DNA of 64,000 nucleotides from Candidatus Poribacteria bacterium (GTDB taxonomy: Bacteria; Poribacteria; WGA-4E; WGA-3G): positions 1,248,001 to 1,312,000 of the forward strand of contig CAXXUA010000005.1 in assembly GCA_963663765.2 (NCBI GenBank), in the 5' to 3' direction. The number at the start of each line of letters is the position of its first letter. Positions within the stretch are counted from its first letter, which is position 1. Below the pieces are notes generated by a model, which was given only the letters and a program-made list of their open reading frames with translations, ran no database searches and was not told the DNA's origin. Both the position numbers and the translations under genes were made by a program. Shown piece after piece: positions 1-9,594 of this stretch.

Positions 1-342
1 TGGCGGACAGATTTACGCTTTGGCTTATGGGACACAATGTTGAGCGTAGAAGCGTTTTCCATAAAACTGGTTGATAATAGAGGCATTCTGATAGACGAGG
101 TAGGTAATTATAATGGAAACAGCCGGCAATGGCAATTTAATCTCGAATACAGAGGTATGACAAGAGATGGAAACCGATGTTCTGTTCTTCGTCAATATAT
201 CAATGGAGTTGCACTTGATGGCACACAAAAAAACAGTTGGATTCCTGCAGTAATTGCAAATCTAAACCAGAATCAACTGACATATTATGGAGATGATAAC
301 GATATAGGTTCACCCGGTATCCCACCAGATACATACCAGTAG
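1..342 (+). CDS. 3' end of a gene starting before the window; tail resembles lamin-tail-domain (LTD)-containing secreted proteins
   Basis: Frame open from base 1 (WRTDLRFGLWDTMLSVEAF...) to TAG at 340-342; ends ...IDEVGN...TYYGDDNDIGSPG, recalled as an LTD-like ending. Confidence 0.45.
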   Translation, partial: WRTDLRFGLWDTMLSVEAFSIKLVDNRGILIDEVGNYNGNSRQWQFNLEYRGMTRDGNRCSVLRQYINGVALDGTQKNSWIPAVIANLNQNQLTYYGDDNDIGSPGIPPDTYQ

Positions 343-454
343 ATAATTTTAGTGTTTCCTCGTCCCAATTTTAAGTTAAACTGTAGGTTGTTTTGTAAAA
401 ACACAATTAATAATGTAAAGTCAATCGAAACATCTGTTAATAAAGGAAATAGAA

Positions 455-1429
455 ATGAGCACGAATGTTGTCGGAGTAGACATGGGCGGCACCAAAATAC
501 TCTCAGCCGTTGTTGATGGTGAAGGCAGAATACTTGGAACATCCAAAATTCCTACAAACGCGAAAAGCAATACAAACATCGTTATTGATAGAATCGTTGA
601 TTGCATCCACATGGCTATTGATGAATCCCAAGCTGACACAGACTCAATCAAGGCGATCGGAATTGGAGCTCCTGCGGTGCTTGACCCAGATACAGGTGTT
701 GTCATCTTTGCACCAAACCTTGGCTGGAAAAACGTGCCACTCAAATCAGAACTTGAAGCACGCATCAACATTCCAACTTTCGTCGACAACGATGTAAACG
801 TAGGAACACTCGGTGAACACACATTTGGCGCAGGACAAAACGTCCAGAATTTGGTCGGTATTTTTGTCGGCACAGGTATCGGTGGCGGTATCATTCTAAA
901 CGGACAACTTTTCCACGGGGCAAGCAAAACAGCAGGTGAAATCGGACATATCATCGTAAAAGCAGACGGCCCCAAATGTGGATGTGGAAGACGGGGTTGT
1001 TTAGAAGCACTTGCAAGCCGAACTGCTATGACAAAACAATTGCAAAAAGCAATACAGAAAAAAAAGAAAAAGAGTATTCTCACAGAACTTACTAATGGCG
1101 ATCTTGAGTTAATTCGTAGTGGAACTTTAGCTAAAGCACTTCGTAGCAAAGATAAACTCACACTAAAAGTATTCAAAGATGTCACAAAGTATCTTGGGGT
1201 CGGTATCGGTTCTATCGCGAATTTCTTAAATCCAGAAATGATTGTGTTAGGTGGCGGCGTTGTTGAAGCTCTTGATAATAAATTTATTAAAAATATCCAA
1301 AAAGCTGCCAAGAAATACGCACTACCCGACACCTTAAAAAATGTCCAAATTGTAAGTGCACAACTGGGAGATAATGCTGGTGTACTTGGTGCAGCAGCAC
1401 TCGCAAGACAAAGACTCAATGCGAGATAG
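455..1429 (+). CDS. ROK family sugar kinase (glucokinase-like)
   Basis: GVDMGGTK ATP motif, DNDVN, GTGIGGG, GEIGH, Zn motif CGCGRRGCLE. Confidence 0.93.
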   Translation: MSTNVVGVDMGGTKILSAVVDGEGRILGTSKIPTNAKSNTNIVIDRIVDCIHMAIDESQADTDSIKAIGIGAPAVLDPDTGVVIFAPNLGWKNVPLKSELEARINIPTFVDNDVNVGTLGEHTFGAGQNVQNLVGIFVGTGIGGGIILNGQLFHGASKTAGEIGHIIVKADGPKCGCGRRGCLEALASRTAMTKQLQKAIQKKKKKSILTELTNGDLELIRSGTLAKALRSKDKLTLKVFKDVTKYLGVGIGSIANFLNPEMIVLGGGVVEALDNKFIKNIQKAAKKYALPDTLKNVQIVSAQLGDNAGVLGAAALARQRLNAR

Positions 1430-1434
1430 TCTGT

Positions 1435-1537
1435 TATGGTAAATCTTGAGAATAATTAGACACTTTCGTTCCACGGTAGGGGCGGTTTCCTAACCGCAGC
1501 AGGGCAGACTGTATAATTAATAAAATAATTTACCATA
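1435..1537. mobile_element. MITE-like shell (family B, TA-bounded) enclosing a GTAG REP hairpin
   Basis: Left TATGGTAAATCTTGAGAATAATTAGAC and right GTATAATTAATAAAATAATTTACCATA are imperfect inverted repeats; internal CGGTAGGGGCGGTTTCCTAACCGC at 1474-1497. Confidence 0.65.
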
Positions 1538-1579
1538 GTTTGTATAATGAAGACTGAATAATTAGGGGAGGACGGTACC

Positions 1580-3259
1580 ATGTTAGTTGATGATAATAGA
1601 GAAGAACATCGGATGATGATTTTTAGCAACGATAGCAGCCTCGTACAAGACCGACTAATCGTTAACAACAAAACTAACGAATGTGGAATCCTTGCGCAGA
1701 AAGTGCATGAAGACTCCTATACCGTAACCCTATATGCATTACTGAAAGATTACGGCCTCACACCCGTTTTTCGCATCAAACCGCGCATCCGCTTCCACCG
1801 CTCTAACTACGACAATCTTTCATCAAGTGCACCGCTCCAATATAGCCTCAACGATATTATCCATTTCGCAGAACTCAAGCGCGGAACAGTTTTAATGGAG
1901 AAAATTGACGATACGAAGTTAGCAGAAATACTCGGAGACGCACCTACCCTCGTAGGAATGACTGATGATCCCGCTTTGCAGCTCGTTTCACAACGTGATG
2001 TCTCTCTCCGCAACCCACCTTTCAAAACGAAAACAAAAGTTTTTGGTAAAAGCCAAGACGAAGGCGTGGAGGAAGCAGGCATACCCATCGGGTCATTCCT
2101 TGATGCACTCAATCAACCGCAACGGACTGAGCAAATATTCAGAAAATATTCACGTGGAAGCGAGTTTGCTCGTGACTTGCGAAAGGCTTTAGAATGCTAC
2201 GAAAGCTACGAATTCCAATTCGGTCTTTATTCCAGATATGAACGCCGAGACTGTGTCTTAGCAGGTGGCGATACGGAAACCAGCGGATACTACAGAGCAA
2301 CCTTTGACCCATGGACCGCACTCGGATACATCCGCACCAGCGATAATAAACAGCAATTTCAAATCTTAGCACATGAACGCGGCACCCGATGGGAGCACAA
2401 AGTGATGTTGGAAAAACTTGATGCTACAACATTGAAACGACTCTCTACTGAAATCCCTATACTCCGAAGTAAATACCTCATCGGACGCGTCTTATCCAAG
2501 AGTCAAACAGCATTAACACGTTTGGCACAACTCCGTAAATCACAACTCAACTTGACAACCGATTTAGACACAGGATATACGTTACATTTAGAGATACCTA
2601 TTCCTGAAAAACGCTTCTCAGTGATAGACCATCGTAAAAAATTACGAGCCTTGTTTAATAGCAAAGGAGATTACCGACTGCATCCTCTCAATGGAGAATT
2701 TGTTGAACAACATCTGAACTTAGCAAAAGGTATCCGAGACGGTGTCGTATGGACACTTGACAATGTTGACCTGCTATCAGGACATCCGCCATTTACCGAT
2801 AAGGACGAGGAATTCCAGATTACAAAAACGCTGTATCAAAACAGATTTGTTGTGCGATCCGCAGCCGAACTCCGCGAACGACTCCCTACAAATGGATTTG
2901 AGAAGTGCTGGAACGAATCCATTGACGAAGGAGGTTATACAATACTTAGCCACACAACTGGCAGAGTCTATGCTGTGAATTATAGTCGGAAGATAACCGG
3001 TAATATCCAAAAAGGCGAAATTAAGAAAGACGAGGCAACACACTATTTCTCCATAAAATACTTAGGAATAGACCCCTCGCACGCAGAAATTTCACACTAT
3101 GAGGTACCAGCGGAAGCACAACGCAGTTTCTTTGACAAACTTTTCCGACGAGAACCTATCCCGCCTTTCTATAGCCAACTGATGCAAACCGAAAAACAGG
3201 TCATCAACGAAATAAAATCACTCGCACGCTACTGCAAAGACAAGTTGAAGATTTCATAA
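1580..3259 (+). CDS. Hypothetical protein with VTC/CYTH (triphosphate tunnel)-like motifs
   Basis: 559-aa ORF, SD GGAGG; motifs KPRIRFHRSNY, YERR..YRATFD, WEHKV and SKSQTA occur in VTC-domain order. Confidence 0.5.
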   Translation: MLVDDNREEHRMMIFSNDSSLVQDRLIVNNKTNECGILAQKVHEDSYTVTLYALLKDYGLTPVFRIKPRIRFHRSNYDNLSSSAPLQYSLNDIIHFAELKRGTVLMEKIDDTKLAEILGDAPTLVGMTDDPALQLVSQRDVSLRNPPFKTKTKVFGKSQDEGVEEAGIPIGSFLDALNQPQRTEQIFRKYSRGSEFARDLRKALECYESYEFQFGLYSRYERRDCVLAGGDTETSGYYRATFDPWTALGYIRTSDNKQQFQILAHERGTRWEHKVMLEKLDATTLKRLSTEIPILRSKYLIGRVLSKSQTALTRLAQLRKSQLNLTTDLDTGYTLHLEIPIPEKRFSVIDHRKKLRALFNSKGDYRLHPLNGEFVEQHLNLAKGIRDGVVWTLDNVDLLSGHPPFTDKDEEFQITKTLYQNRFVVRSAAELRERLPTNGFEKCWNESIDEGGYTILSHTTGRVYAVNYSRKITGNIQKGEIKKDEATHYFSIKYLGIDPSHAEISHYEVPAEAQRSFFDKLFRREPIPPFYSQLMQTEKQVINEIKSLARYCKDKLKIS

Positions 3260-3314
3260 ACATAAAGTATGTTGCAATTAAAATATTAAAAATCAAATAA
3301 GGAAGTGAAAACTC

Positions 3315-4499
3315 ATGATACGATATCTTGAAGTTAAGGGACTTAATAATAAACTTAGCCAATCATTTGAGTTCAATGAGGATTTGAACATCATTACTGG
3401 AGCTAACGGTTCAGGCAAGACGACATTGCTAAAGTTAATATGGTACCTTATCAGCGGACATTTTGAGCAAATTCTGTCTGAAATTCCGTTTTCTTCCCTT
3501 TCAATTGAAACCGATACGTTTTCTTTGACTATGGTACAAAAAAAGACTGACGAAATTGAACTAACCTCGGAGTTTACTGACAAAAAACCGGTCCCAAAAA
3601 CTATAAATATAGATCCAAAAACTAAAGTGATTGACCGAAAGAATATAGATGAGGTGAATGAACTTGAGAAGAAAATTGCTCAAACAACAAAGAGTAGTCT
3701 ATTTTTTCCAACGTTTAGAAGAATTGAAGGTGGCTTTTCTAACGATCCAAGAGATATAGAGGATTCAGTTGGAAAATTGCTTCCAGTATCAGTGCCAGAA
3801 ATGCTTCAGATTTCAATGTTCCGGTTTTCATCTGAGGTGTCAGTCAATGGACACAAATTCATCGCTTCGATTTCAACAGAAGATATAAGCGAACTGCTAA
3901 CACAAAAATACGCGGATATTTATGAGGAAATCAGCAACCTTCAGTCGCGGGTATTGGAGGAAATTTCGCAAAAGATACAAGAAACTTCGGATAGAGAAAA
4001 AGAGGTTGGAACTTCTCAAGATGCTCCTACAGTTCTTGATGTCATCCAGCAAGTTAATGAGGAACGAAATCAACTTAGTATGCCATTTTCAGTGTTATCC
4101 GAGTTGACTAGGAAAATTCTACAATATAATGCAATTCGTGTTACCGGACGGGTTGTTCATGGAGAAACGAGTGACGGAATTACTTTAGGGGAAGGGAAAG
4201 ATGGAATTACAGTTGGGAAGGCGAAGAACGCTATCTTTTCTGATAAACTTTCTGCCGGTGAAAAGCAGATGCTTAGTTTTTTGTGTTACAATGCCTTTAG
4301 TAAAAACACGGCGATTTTTATTGATGAACCAGAGCTAAGTCTCCACGTAGATTGGCAGAGTCTCCTCTTACCTACTCTGCTTGAACAGTCAACAGGCAAT
4401 CAATGTTTTGTTGCGACCCATTCACCATTCATCTACACCTTGTACCCGGACAAAGAATTTTTGTTAGGTGATACTCGGGGATATCAAGGAGAAACTTAA
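3315..4499 (+). CDS. ABC-type (AAA_15/AAA_21) ATPase, PARIS AriA-like
   Basis: Walker A GANGSGKT, signature LSAGEKQ, Walker B IFIDEPE, H-loop ATHSP; coupled to the next gene by TAATG overlap. Confidence 0.85.
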   Translation: MIRYLEVKGLNNKLSQSFEFNEDLNIITGANGSGKTTLLKLIWYLISGHFEQILSEIPFSSLSIETDTFSLTMVQKKTDEIELTSEFTDKKPVPKTINIDPKTKVIDRKNIDEVNELEKKIAQTTKSSLFFPTFRRIEGGFSNDPRDIEDSVGKLLPVSVPEMLQISMFRFSSEVSVNGHKFIASISTEDISELLTQKYADIYEEISNLQSRVLEEISQKIQETSDREKEVGTSQDAPTVLDVIQQVNEERNQLSMPFSVLSELTRKILQYNAIRVTGRVVHGETSDGITLGEGKDGITVGKAKNAIFSDKLSAGEKQMLSFLCYNAFSKNTAIFIDEPELSLHVDWQSLLLPTLLEQSTGNQCFVATHSPFIYTLYPDKEFLLGDTRGYQGET

Positions 4500-5269
4500 T
4501 GCCAACACCGAATCCAATGACGGTAGACCGCTTAGTCGGTGTTTTGCGAAGTTCTCACAAACCGAATATTGTGGTTGAAGGAAATGACGACGTGATCATC
4601 TATCGGGAATTAACTAAGAGAATTGGAATCCTTGAAGTAATTTTGCGTCCCTCTGGAGGAAGGGATAATTTACTACAAGTCTATGAGCGAAGAAATGAAT
4701 TTGGTCACATACCCGTCGCTTTTATCGCGGATCAGGATATGTGGTTGTTTTCTGGTATTGAACAAAGTTACGAAGATGTAATTTGGACAAGCGGGTACAG
4801 TATTGAAAACGACTTGTATTCAGATGCTGATTTGGAACGTTTGTTAGATGAAAACGAAACAGCGGAACATCAACAAATTCTGGATTCTATCAGCATCTGG
4901 TTTGCATTTGCAGTTGAGGAATATTTAGCAGGAAATTCTCCAACACTTGATCTGCATTGTGACGAAATGATCCCACCTGGTAAAACTGAATTGGACGCGG
5001 GTTTTTGTACGCGTCAAAGTTTTAGCACTCCTAATCCAAATCGTGTTCAACAAATCAGATCCGCCTACAAACTTCTACTTAGGGGAAAACAGCTTTTCCA
5101 GTTACTGGTTCGTTTTCTGAGCAAACCTGCCCACGGTTTTGAAAAGGCAAATCTTAACGATTATGCACTTTACAACTTGGTACTTAGGATGCCTGAAGCA
5201 CACACTTTGTTGGACAGATTAATGGAAAAAGTAAAACGCAAAATTGCAGCATATAACCCAACTCCCTAA
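4499..5269 (+). CDS. DUF4435/TOPRIM nuclease-like protein, PARIS AriB-like
   Basis: VVEGNDD, GGRDNL, IADQD (DxD) and GYSIEN motifs. Confidence 0.75.
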   Translation: MPTPNPMTVDRLVGVLRSSHKPNIVVEGNDDVIIYRELTKRIGILEVILRPSGGRDNLLQVYERRNEFGHIPVAFIADQDMWLFSGIEQSYEDVIWTSGYSIENDLYSDADLERLLDENETAEHQQILDSISIWFAFAVEEYLAGNSPTLDLHCDEMIPPGKTELDAGFCTRQSFSTPNPNRVQQIRSAYKLLLRGKQLFQLLVRFLSKPAHGFEKANLNDYALYNLVLRMPEAHTLLDRLMEKVKRKIAAYNPTP

Positions 5270-5308
5270 GCCCTAATTATATCCAAACAGAAGGAATGCT
5301 GATAACAG

Positions 5309-6136
5309 ATGCAAAACCGCAGAAAAGTCCTAATCACAGGAGCAGCAGGCAAAATTGCTGGTAGAATGCTGCCCCCATTCCGCGAACGATACGATCTTGT
5401 CCTACTCGACATAAAAACGAAAAACCGGGATGGAGAGGAAGTTGAAGGTATTCATGTTGTCGACCTGAGCAACCCTGACCGCGACCTATACAAACACTAT
5501 TTTGAAGGTGTTGACGCAGTTGTCCATTGTGCATGGAAACCCGGTGCATTTGAAAGTGAACTCAGCAACATTCAGATGGCATTCAATATATACCACACCT
5601 GCTGGGAAACGGATGTACGACGTGTCGTTGTCTGCAGTTCTAATCACGCAGCAGACTTCTACGAACGTCTCATCTGGACAGGTAAATGGGATTTCGTAAC
5701 ACCAGATATGCGTCCATTATCAGATAACTTCTACGGATGGGCAAAAGAAGCGTATGAACATCTCGGTTTTGTTTTTGCAACAGGACATAGGAAAAACAAA
5801 AAACTACAGAACATCCAAATACGAATCGGCGCACCGCGCGAAACAGATATGAACGACATCACAGCAGACAATTACCACAAAATGCACCGCGCACTTGGCG
5901 CATATTTGAGTGTTCGAGATCAGGTACAACTCTTTATCAAGAGCATTGAAACAGAGAATATAGAGGACGAAAATGGCATCCCATTCCAAATATTCTATGG
6001 TATCAGCGACAATTCCCATAAGTTTTGGAGTATCACCAACGCACGAAAAGTGATAGGGTATGCCCCAGAGGACAACAGCTCTTACCGTTTCGCACAACGC
6101 ATAGCTGAAATACTCAAACAGAGAGAAGAAAAATAA
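5309..6136 (+). CDS. NAD-dependent epimerase/dehydratase (uronate dehydrogenase-like SDR)
   Basis: ITGAAGKIA, SSNHA, YGWAK (YxxxK), FYGISDN. Confidence 0.85.
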   Translation: MQNRRKVLITGAAGKIAGRMLPPFRERYDLVLLDIKTKNRDGEEVEGIHVVDLSNPDRDLYKHYFEGVDAVVHCAWKPGAFESELSNIQMAFNIYHTCWETDVRRVVVCSSNHAADFYERLIWTGKWDFVTPDMRPLSDNFYGWAKEAYEHLGFVFATGHRKNKKLQNIQIRIGAPRETDMNDITADNYHKMHRALGAYLSVRDQVQLFIKSIETENIEDENGIPFQIFYGISDNSHKFWSITNARKVIGYAPEDNSSYRFAQRIAEILKQREEK

Positions 6137-6159
6137 TCTAAATAGAAATATTTCCCACT

Positions 6160-7221
6160 TTGATGAATACAACAGCAATTTCAACACTCATAGAAAACAA
6201 AATCACCGAAAAGATATTTCCTGGCGCTGTTGTCGCAATCCTCAATAAAGACAAAGTGATCTACCACGCAGCTTTCGGACAGCGCATCATAAAACCGAAA
6301 TGTGCCCCCATGCTCCCCGACACGTTGTTTGACCTCGCTTCCCTAACAAAACCTATCGTCATCGGAACACTTGCTATGCTGCTGGTAGCATCCAAAGACT
6401 TATCGTTAAACGAACCAGCACAGACATATCTACCCACATTCAAACGTCCACACATCACATGCCGTCACCTACTCACGCATACCTCCGGGTTACCTGCTTG
6501 GAAACCACTCTATATAGAAGCAGCTTCTCCAGATACCGTGATAGAACATTTGAGGGATATGCCGCTTGAATCAGCTCCCGGTGAGAAGGTGACCTACAGT
6601 TGTTTGGGATATATCCTGATGGGAAAACTCATCTCCACTATCACGGGAGAACCTTTAGACAATCTGGCACACAACGCCATCTTTAAACCCCTCGGCATGA
6701 ATCGAACGCAATACAACCCACAACCTCAAATGCATGACAACTGTGCAGCAACAGAAGATTCAAATAGCTTCGAACGCAGAATCGTAAAATCGGGACAACA
6801 CGGTCGTTCTTATCGTGGACACAACTGGCGTGAAGGTGTTATTATCGGGGAGGTCCACGATGAAAATGCCAATTTTCTGGGAGGTGTTTCAGGCAATGCA
6901 GGGTTATTCTCAAATACAAGAGACCTCACCACCTATTGTCAGATGCTACTTCAAAATGGTGACAAACTTTTGTCCACAGATAATATCAAGGCATTAGCAA
7001 CACCACAGACACCCCCCAAAGAAACCGAACAACGGAGTATTGGATGGCACATCTTAGCTGACGGATCAATGTATCATACCGGTTTCACCGGTACATCAAT
7101 CCGAATTGATCTTGAAAAAGGGATCGCTGCTATACTGCTTACAAATCGGGTCCACCCAGATGCACAACGTACTGGCATCATAGAATGCCGTAATCAATTC
7201 CACAGGATAGTCTTCGGATGA
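6160..7221 (+). CDS. Beta-lactamase-family serine hydrolase (AmiE-like amidase)
   Basis: FDLASLTK (SxxK), LLTHTSG, YSCLGY, HTGFTGT; adjacent to namZ and anmK. Confidence 0.85.
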   Translation: MMNTTAISTLIENKITEKIFPGAVVAILNKDKVIYHAAFGQRIIKPKCAPMLPDTLFDLASLTKPIVIGTLAMLLVASKDLSLNEPAQTYLPTFKRPHITCRHLLTHTSGLPAWKPLYIEAASPDTVIEHLRDMPLESAPGEKVTYSCLGYILMGKLISTITGEPLDNLAHNAIFKPLGMNRTQYNPQPQMHDNCAATEDSNSFERRIVKSGQHGRSYRGHNWREGVIIGEVHDENANFLGGVSGNAGLFSNTRDLTTYCQMLLQNGDKLLSTDNIKALATPQTPPKETEQRSIGWHILADGSMYHTGFTGTSIRIDLEKGIAAILLTNRVHPDAQRTGIIECRNQFHRIVFG

Positions 7222-8387
7222 TAAAACTCGGTATAACCCACCTCCTAACCGAAAAACGGGATTGGTTAAACAACAAAACTATCGGATTGATAACAAACCA
7301 CACCGCTGTTGACGAAAAATTAACCCACACAATTGAACTGTTGGAGGAATTCAATTTAGTCGCGCTATTCTCACCAGAACATGGGTTGTGGGGAGCAGCA
7401 CAAGATGGCGTCCAAATCAAAAATACAAAGTTATATCAAAATCAAAAGAATACCGACACAGAAACACAAACACTGCAGGTTTACAGCCTATATGGAACTG
7501 ACACTGTTCAATGGGTTGAAACACTGCAGAATTTAGATGTTGTTATCTACGACATACAAGATGTCGGAGCACGTTATTATACATATCTTGGCACACTGCT
7601 GGAAGTGATGAAAGCCCTTGAAAGTGCAATGAATATAGGTAAATGTGTCGAATGTATAGTAGCAGATCGTCCAAACCCTATAGGCGGCACTCACATAGAG
7701 GGACCGATGTTAGATGCCGCCTATACTTCTTTGGTAGGACCATACCCTATTCCTGTCCGTTATGGACTGACAATCGGTGAAGTCGCACAGATGTTCCATA
7801 CTGAACAAGATTTCCGCTTTCCACTCAAAATTGCTCAGATGGAAGGTTGGCATCGACAACTGTGGTCCGATGAAACAGGATTCCTTTGGGTACCACCTTC
7901 ACCGAATATGCCATCTCTTGATACTGCCACACTCTATCCCGGCACTTGCTTATTTGAAGGCACAAATGTCAGCGAAGGACGCGGAACAACAAAACCCTTT
8001 GAATACATCGGTGCACCGTGGATAAATAAAGAAACATTGATAACAGACTTATATGCGTTCAAGTTTAAAGGTGTCCTTTTTCGTCCAATTGTATTTACAC
8101 CGCAATTTTCAAAGCATAGTGGAGAGACGTGCCACGGCGTTGCAATACACATCACTGACCGAAAACTGGTGAAACCTATTGATATTGCAGTCATGATGTT
8201 GCAACTGTTGATAGATAAACACCCTAATAACTTTGAATTCCGAGAGTCACATTTTGATAGATTAGCAGGAAGTTCGGAACTTCGTGAAACACTGTTAGCA
8301 CGAACCCCTTGTGAAAACATTATTGAGTCATGGTCATCTGACCTTGAACAATTTCAAGAAAGACGAAAACCTTATCTATTGTATTAG
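7218..8387 (+). CDS. namZ: Exo-beta-N-acetylmuramidase NamZ (DUF1343)
   Basis: GLITNHT, LFSPEHG, YDIQDVGARYYTY, DRPNP, PPSPNMP, NVSEGRGT. Confidence 0.9.
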   Translation: MIKLGITHLLTEKRDWLNNKTIGLITNHTAVDEKLTHTIELLEEFNLVALFSPEHGLWGAAQDGVQIKNTKLYQNQKNTDTETQTLQVYSLYGTDTVQWVETLQNLDVVIYDIQDVGARYYTYLGTLLEVMKALESAMNIGKCVECIVADRPNPIGGTHIEGPMLDAAYTSLVGPYPIPVRYGLTIGEVAQMFHTEQDFRFPLKIAQMEGWHRQLWSDETGFLWVPPSPNMPSLDTATLYPGTCLFEGTNVSEGRGTTKPFEYIGAPWINKETLITDLYAFKFKGVLFRPIVFTPQFSKHSGETCHGVAIHITDRKLVKPIDIAVMMLQLLIDKHPNNFEFRESHFDRLAGSSELRETLLARTPCENIIESWSSDLEQFQERRKPYLLY

Positions 8388-8415
8388 TTAACTGAAAACT
8401 AACAAAACAACTATT

Positions 8416-9591
8416 ATGAAACCATTTTACGAACTAACACAAAAACAAAAAAAGAATGTTGTCGGACTCATGAGCGGCACATCTGCGGATGGCGTAGATG
8501 TTGCACTTGTAGAAGTAAAAGGCTCCGGTCTGACCACAGACATAGTATTAATAGCATTTGAGACAATTCCATATACACCTGAAATCCGCACGAGGATATT
8601 TAACCTTTTTCGCGTAGAAACGGCTAGTGTAGACGAAATCTGCACGATGAACTTTCTGATAGGCAGACTATTCGCAGAAAGTGTTATGACGGTATTAGAA
8701 AAGGTTGGCATCACACCAGAACAGGTTGATCTCATCGGTTCACACGGACAAACCATTCACCACATGCCCACAGCAACAACACCAGCCACTTTACAGATTG
8801 GTGAGCCTGCTGTGATCGCACATGAAACAGGCATTCCAACCATTGCTGATTTCCGTGTCGCAGATGTCGCCGCTGGCGGTGAAGGCGCACCACTGATCGC
8901 TTATCCCGATTATCTGCTATTCCACCATCCCACACAGACAATCGGTCTTTTGAACATCGGAGGTATTGCGAACCTCACAGTGTTACCAGCAGGTAAAGGG
9001 ATTGAAGCCGTACACGCGTCAGACACAGGACCAGGGAATATGATTCTTGATGCATGTGTTGAAAAACTTACAAACGGTGCAAAGCAGTTTGATGAAAATG
9101 GGGAATTAGCAAGACAAGGTAAAGTCTGTGAAACCCCTTTAACACAATGGCTAACTCATCCTTTTTTCGAATTGACACCACCGAAAACAACTGGACGTGA
9201 GATGTTCGGAACAACGTATGCGGATACTTGCTTGCAACAGATAATGGCACAGGATATTTCCAAATATGATGGACTCGCAACGATAACTGCACTCACAGTT
9301 GCAAGTATATCCCGATATTATACGGATTTTGTTGCATCCAAAACACCTTTGGACATTCTGTACGTCAGCGGTGGTGGCACGCGAAACCCACTGATCATGC
9401 AAGGTCTTGCTGACGCATTCACACCAATCCCAGTTGTTGATATTGCAGAAAGGGGTGTTTCAGGCGATGCAAAAGAGGCAATCGCTTTTGCTATCCTTGC
9501 TAACGAAGCAGCACACGGTAATTTTGGGAATGTGCCAAATGCAACAGGTGCATCATGCAACAAAATCTTGGGCAAGTTTGTTTGTCCGTAA
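8416..9591 (+). CDS. anmK: Anhydro-N-acetylmuramic acid kinase
   Basis: GLMSGTSADGVD, GSHGQT, DFRVADVAAGGEGAPL, NIGGIAN, DTGPGN, KEAIAFA. Confidence 0.95.
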   Translation: MKPFYELTQKQKKNVVGLMSGTSADGVDVALVEVKGSGLTTDIVLIAFETIPYTPEIRTRIFNLFRVETASVDEICTMNFLIGRLFAESVMTVLEKVGITPEQVDLIGSHGQTIHHMPTATTPATLQIGEPAVIAHETGIPTIADFRVADVAAGGEGAPLIAYPDYLLFHHPTQTIGLLNIGGIANLTVLPAGKGIEAVHASDTGPGNMILDACVEKLTNGAKQFDENGELARQGKVCETPLTQWLTHPFFELTPPKTTGREMFGTTYADTCLQQIMAQDISKYDGLATITALTVASISRYYTDFVASKTPLDILYVSGGGTRNPLIMQGLADAFTPIPVVDIAERGVSGDAKEAIAFAILANEAAHGNFGNVPNATGASCNKILGKFVCP

Positions 9592-9594
9592 TCA

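Noticed and set aside
421-1419. 332-aa antisense ORF and the many other short overlapping ORFs in the track
   Set aside because: They are shadows of well-supported genes on the opposite strand or frame, with no motifs or SD.
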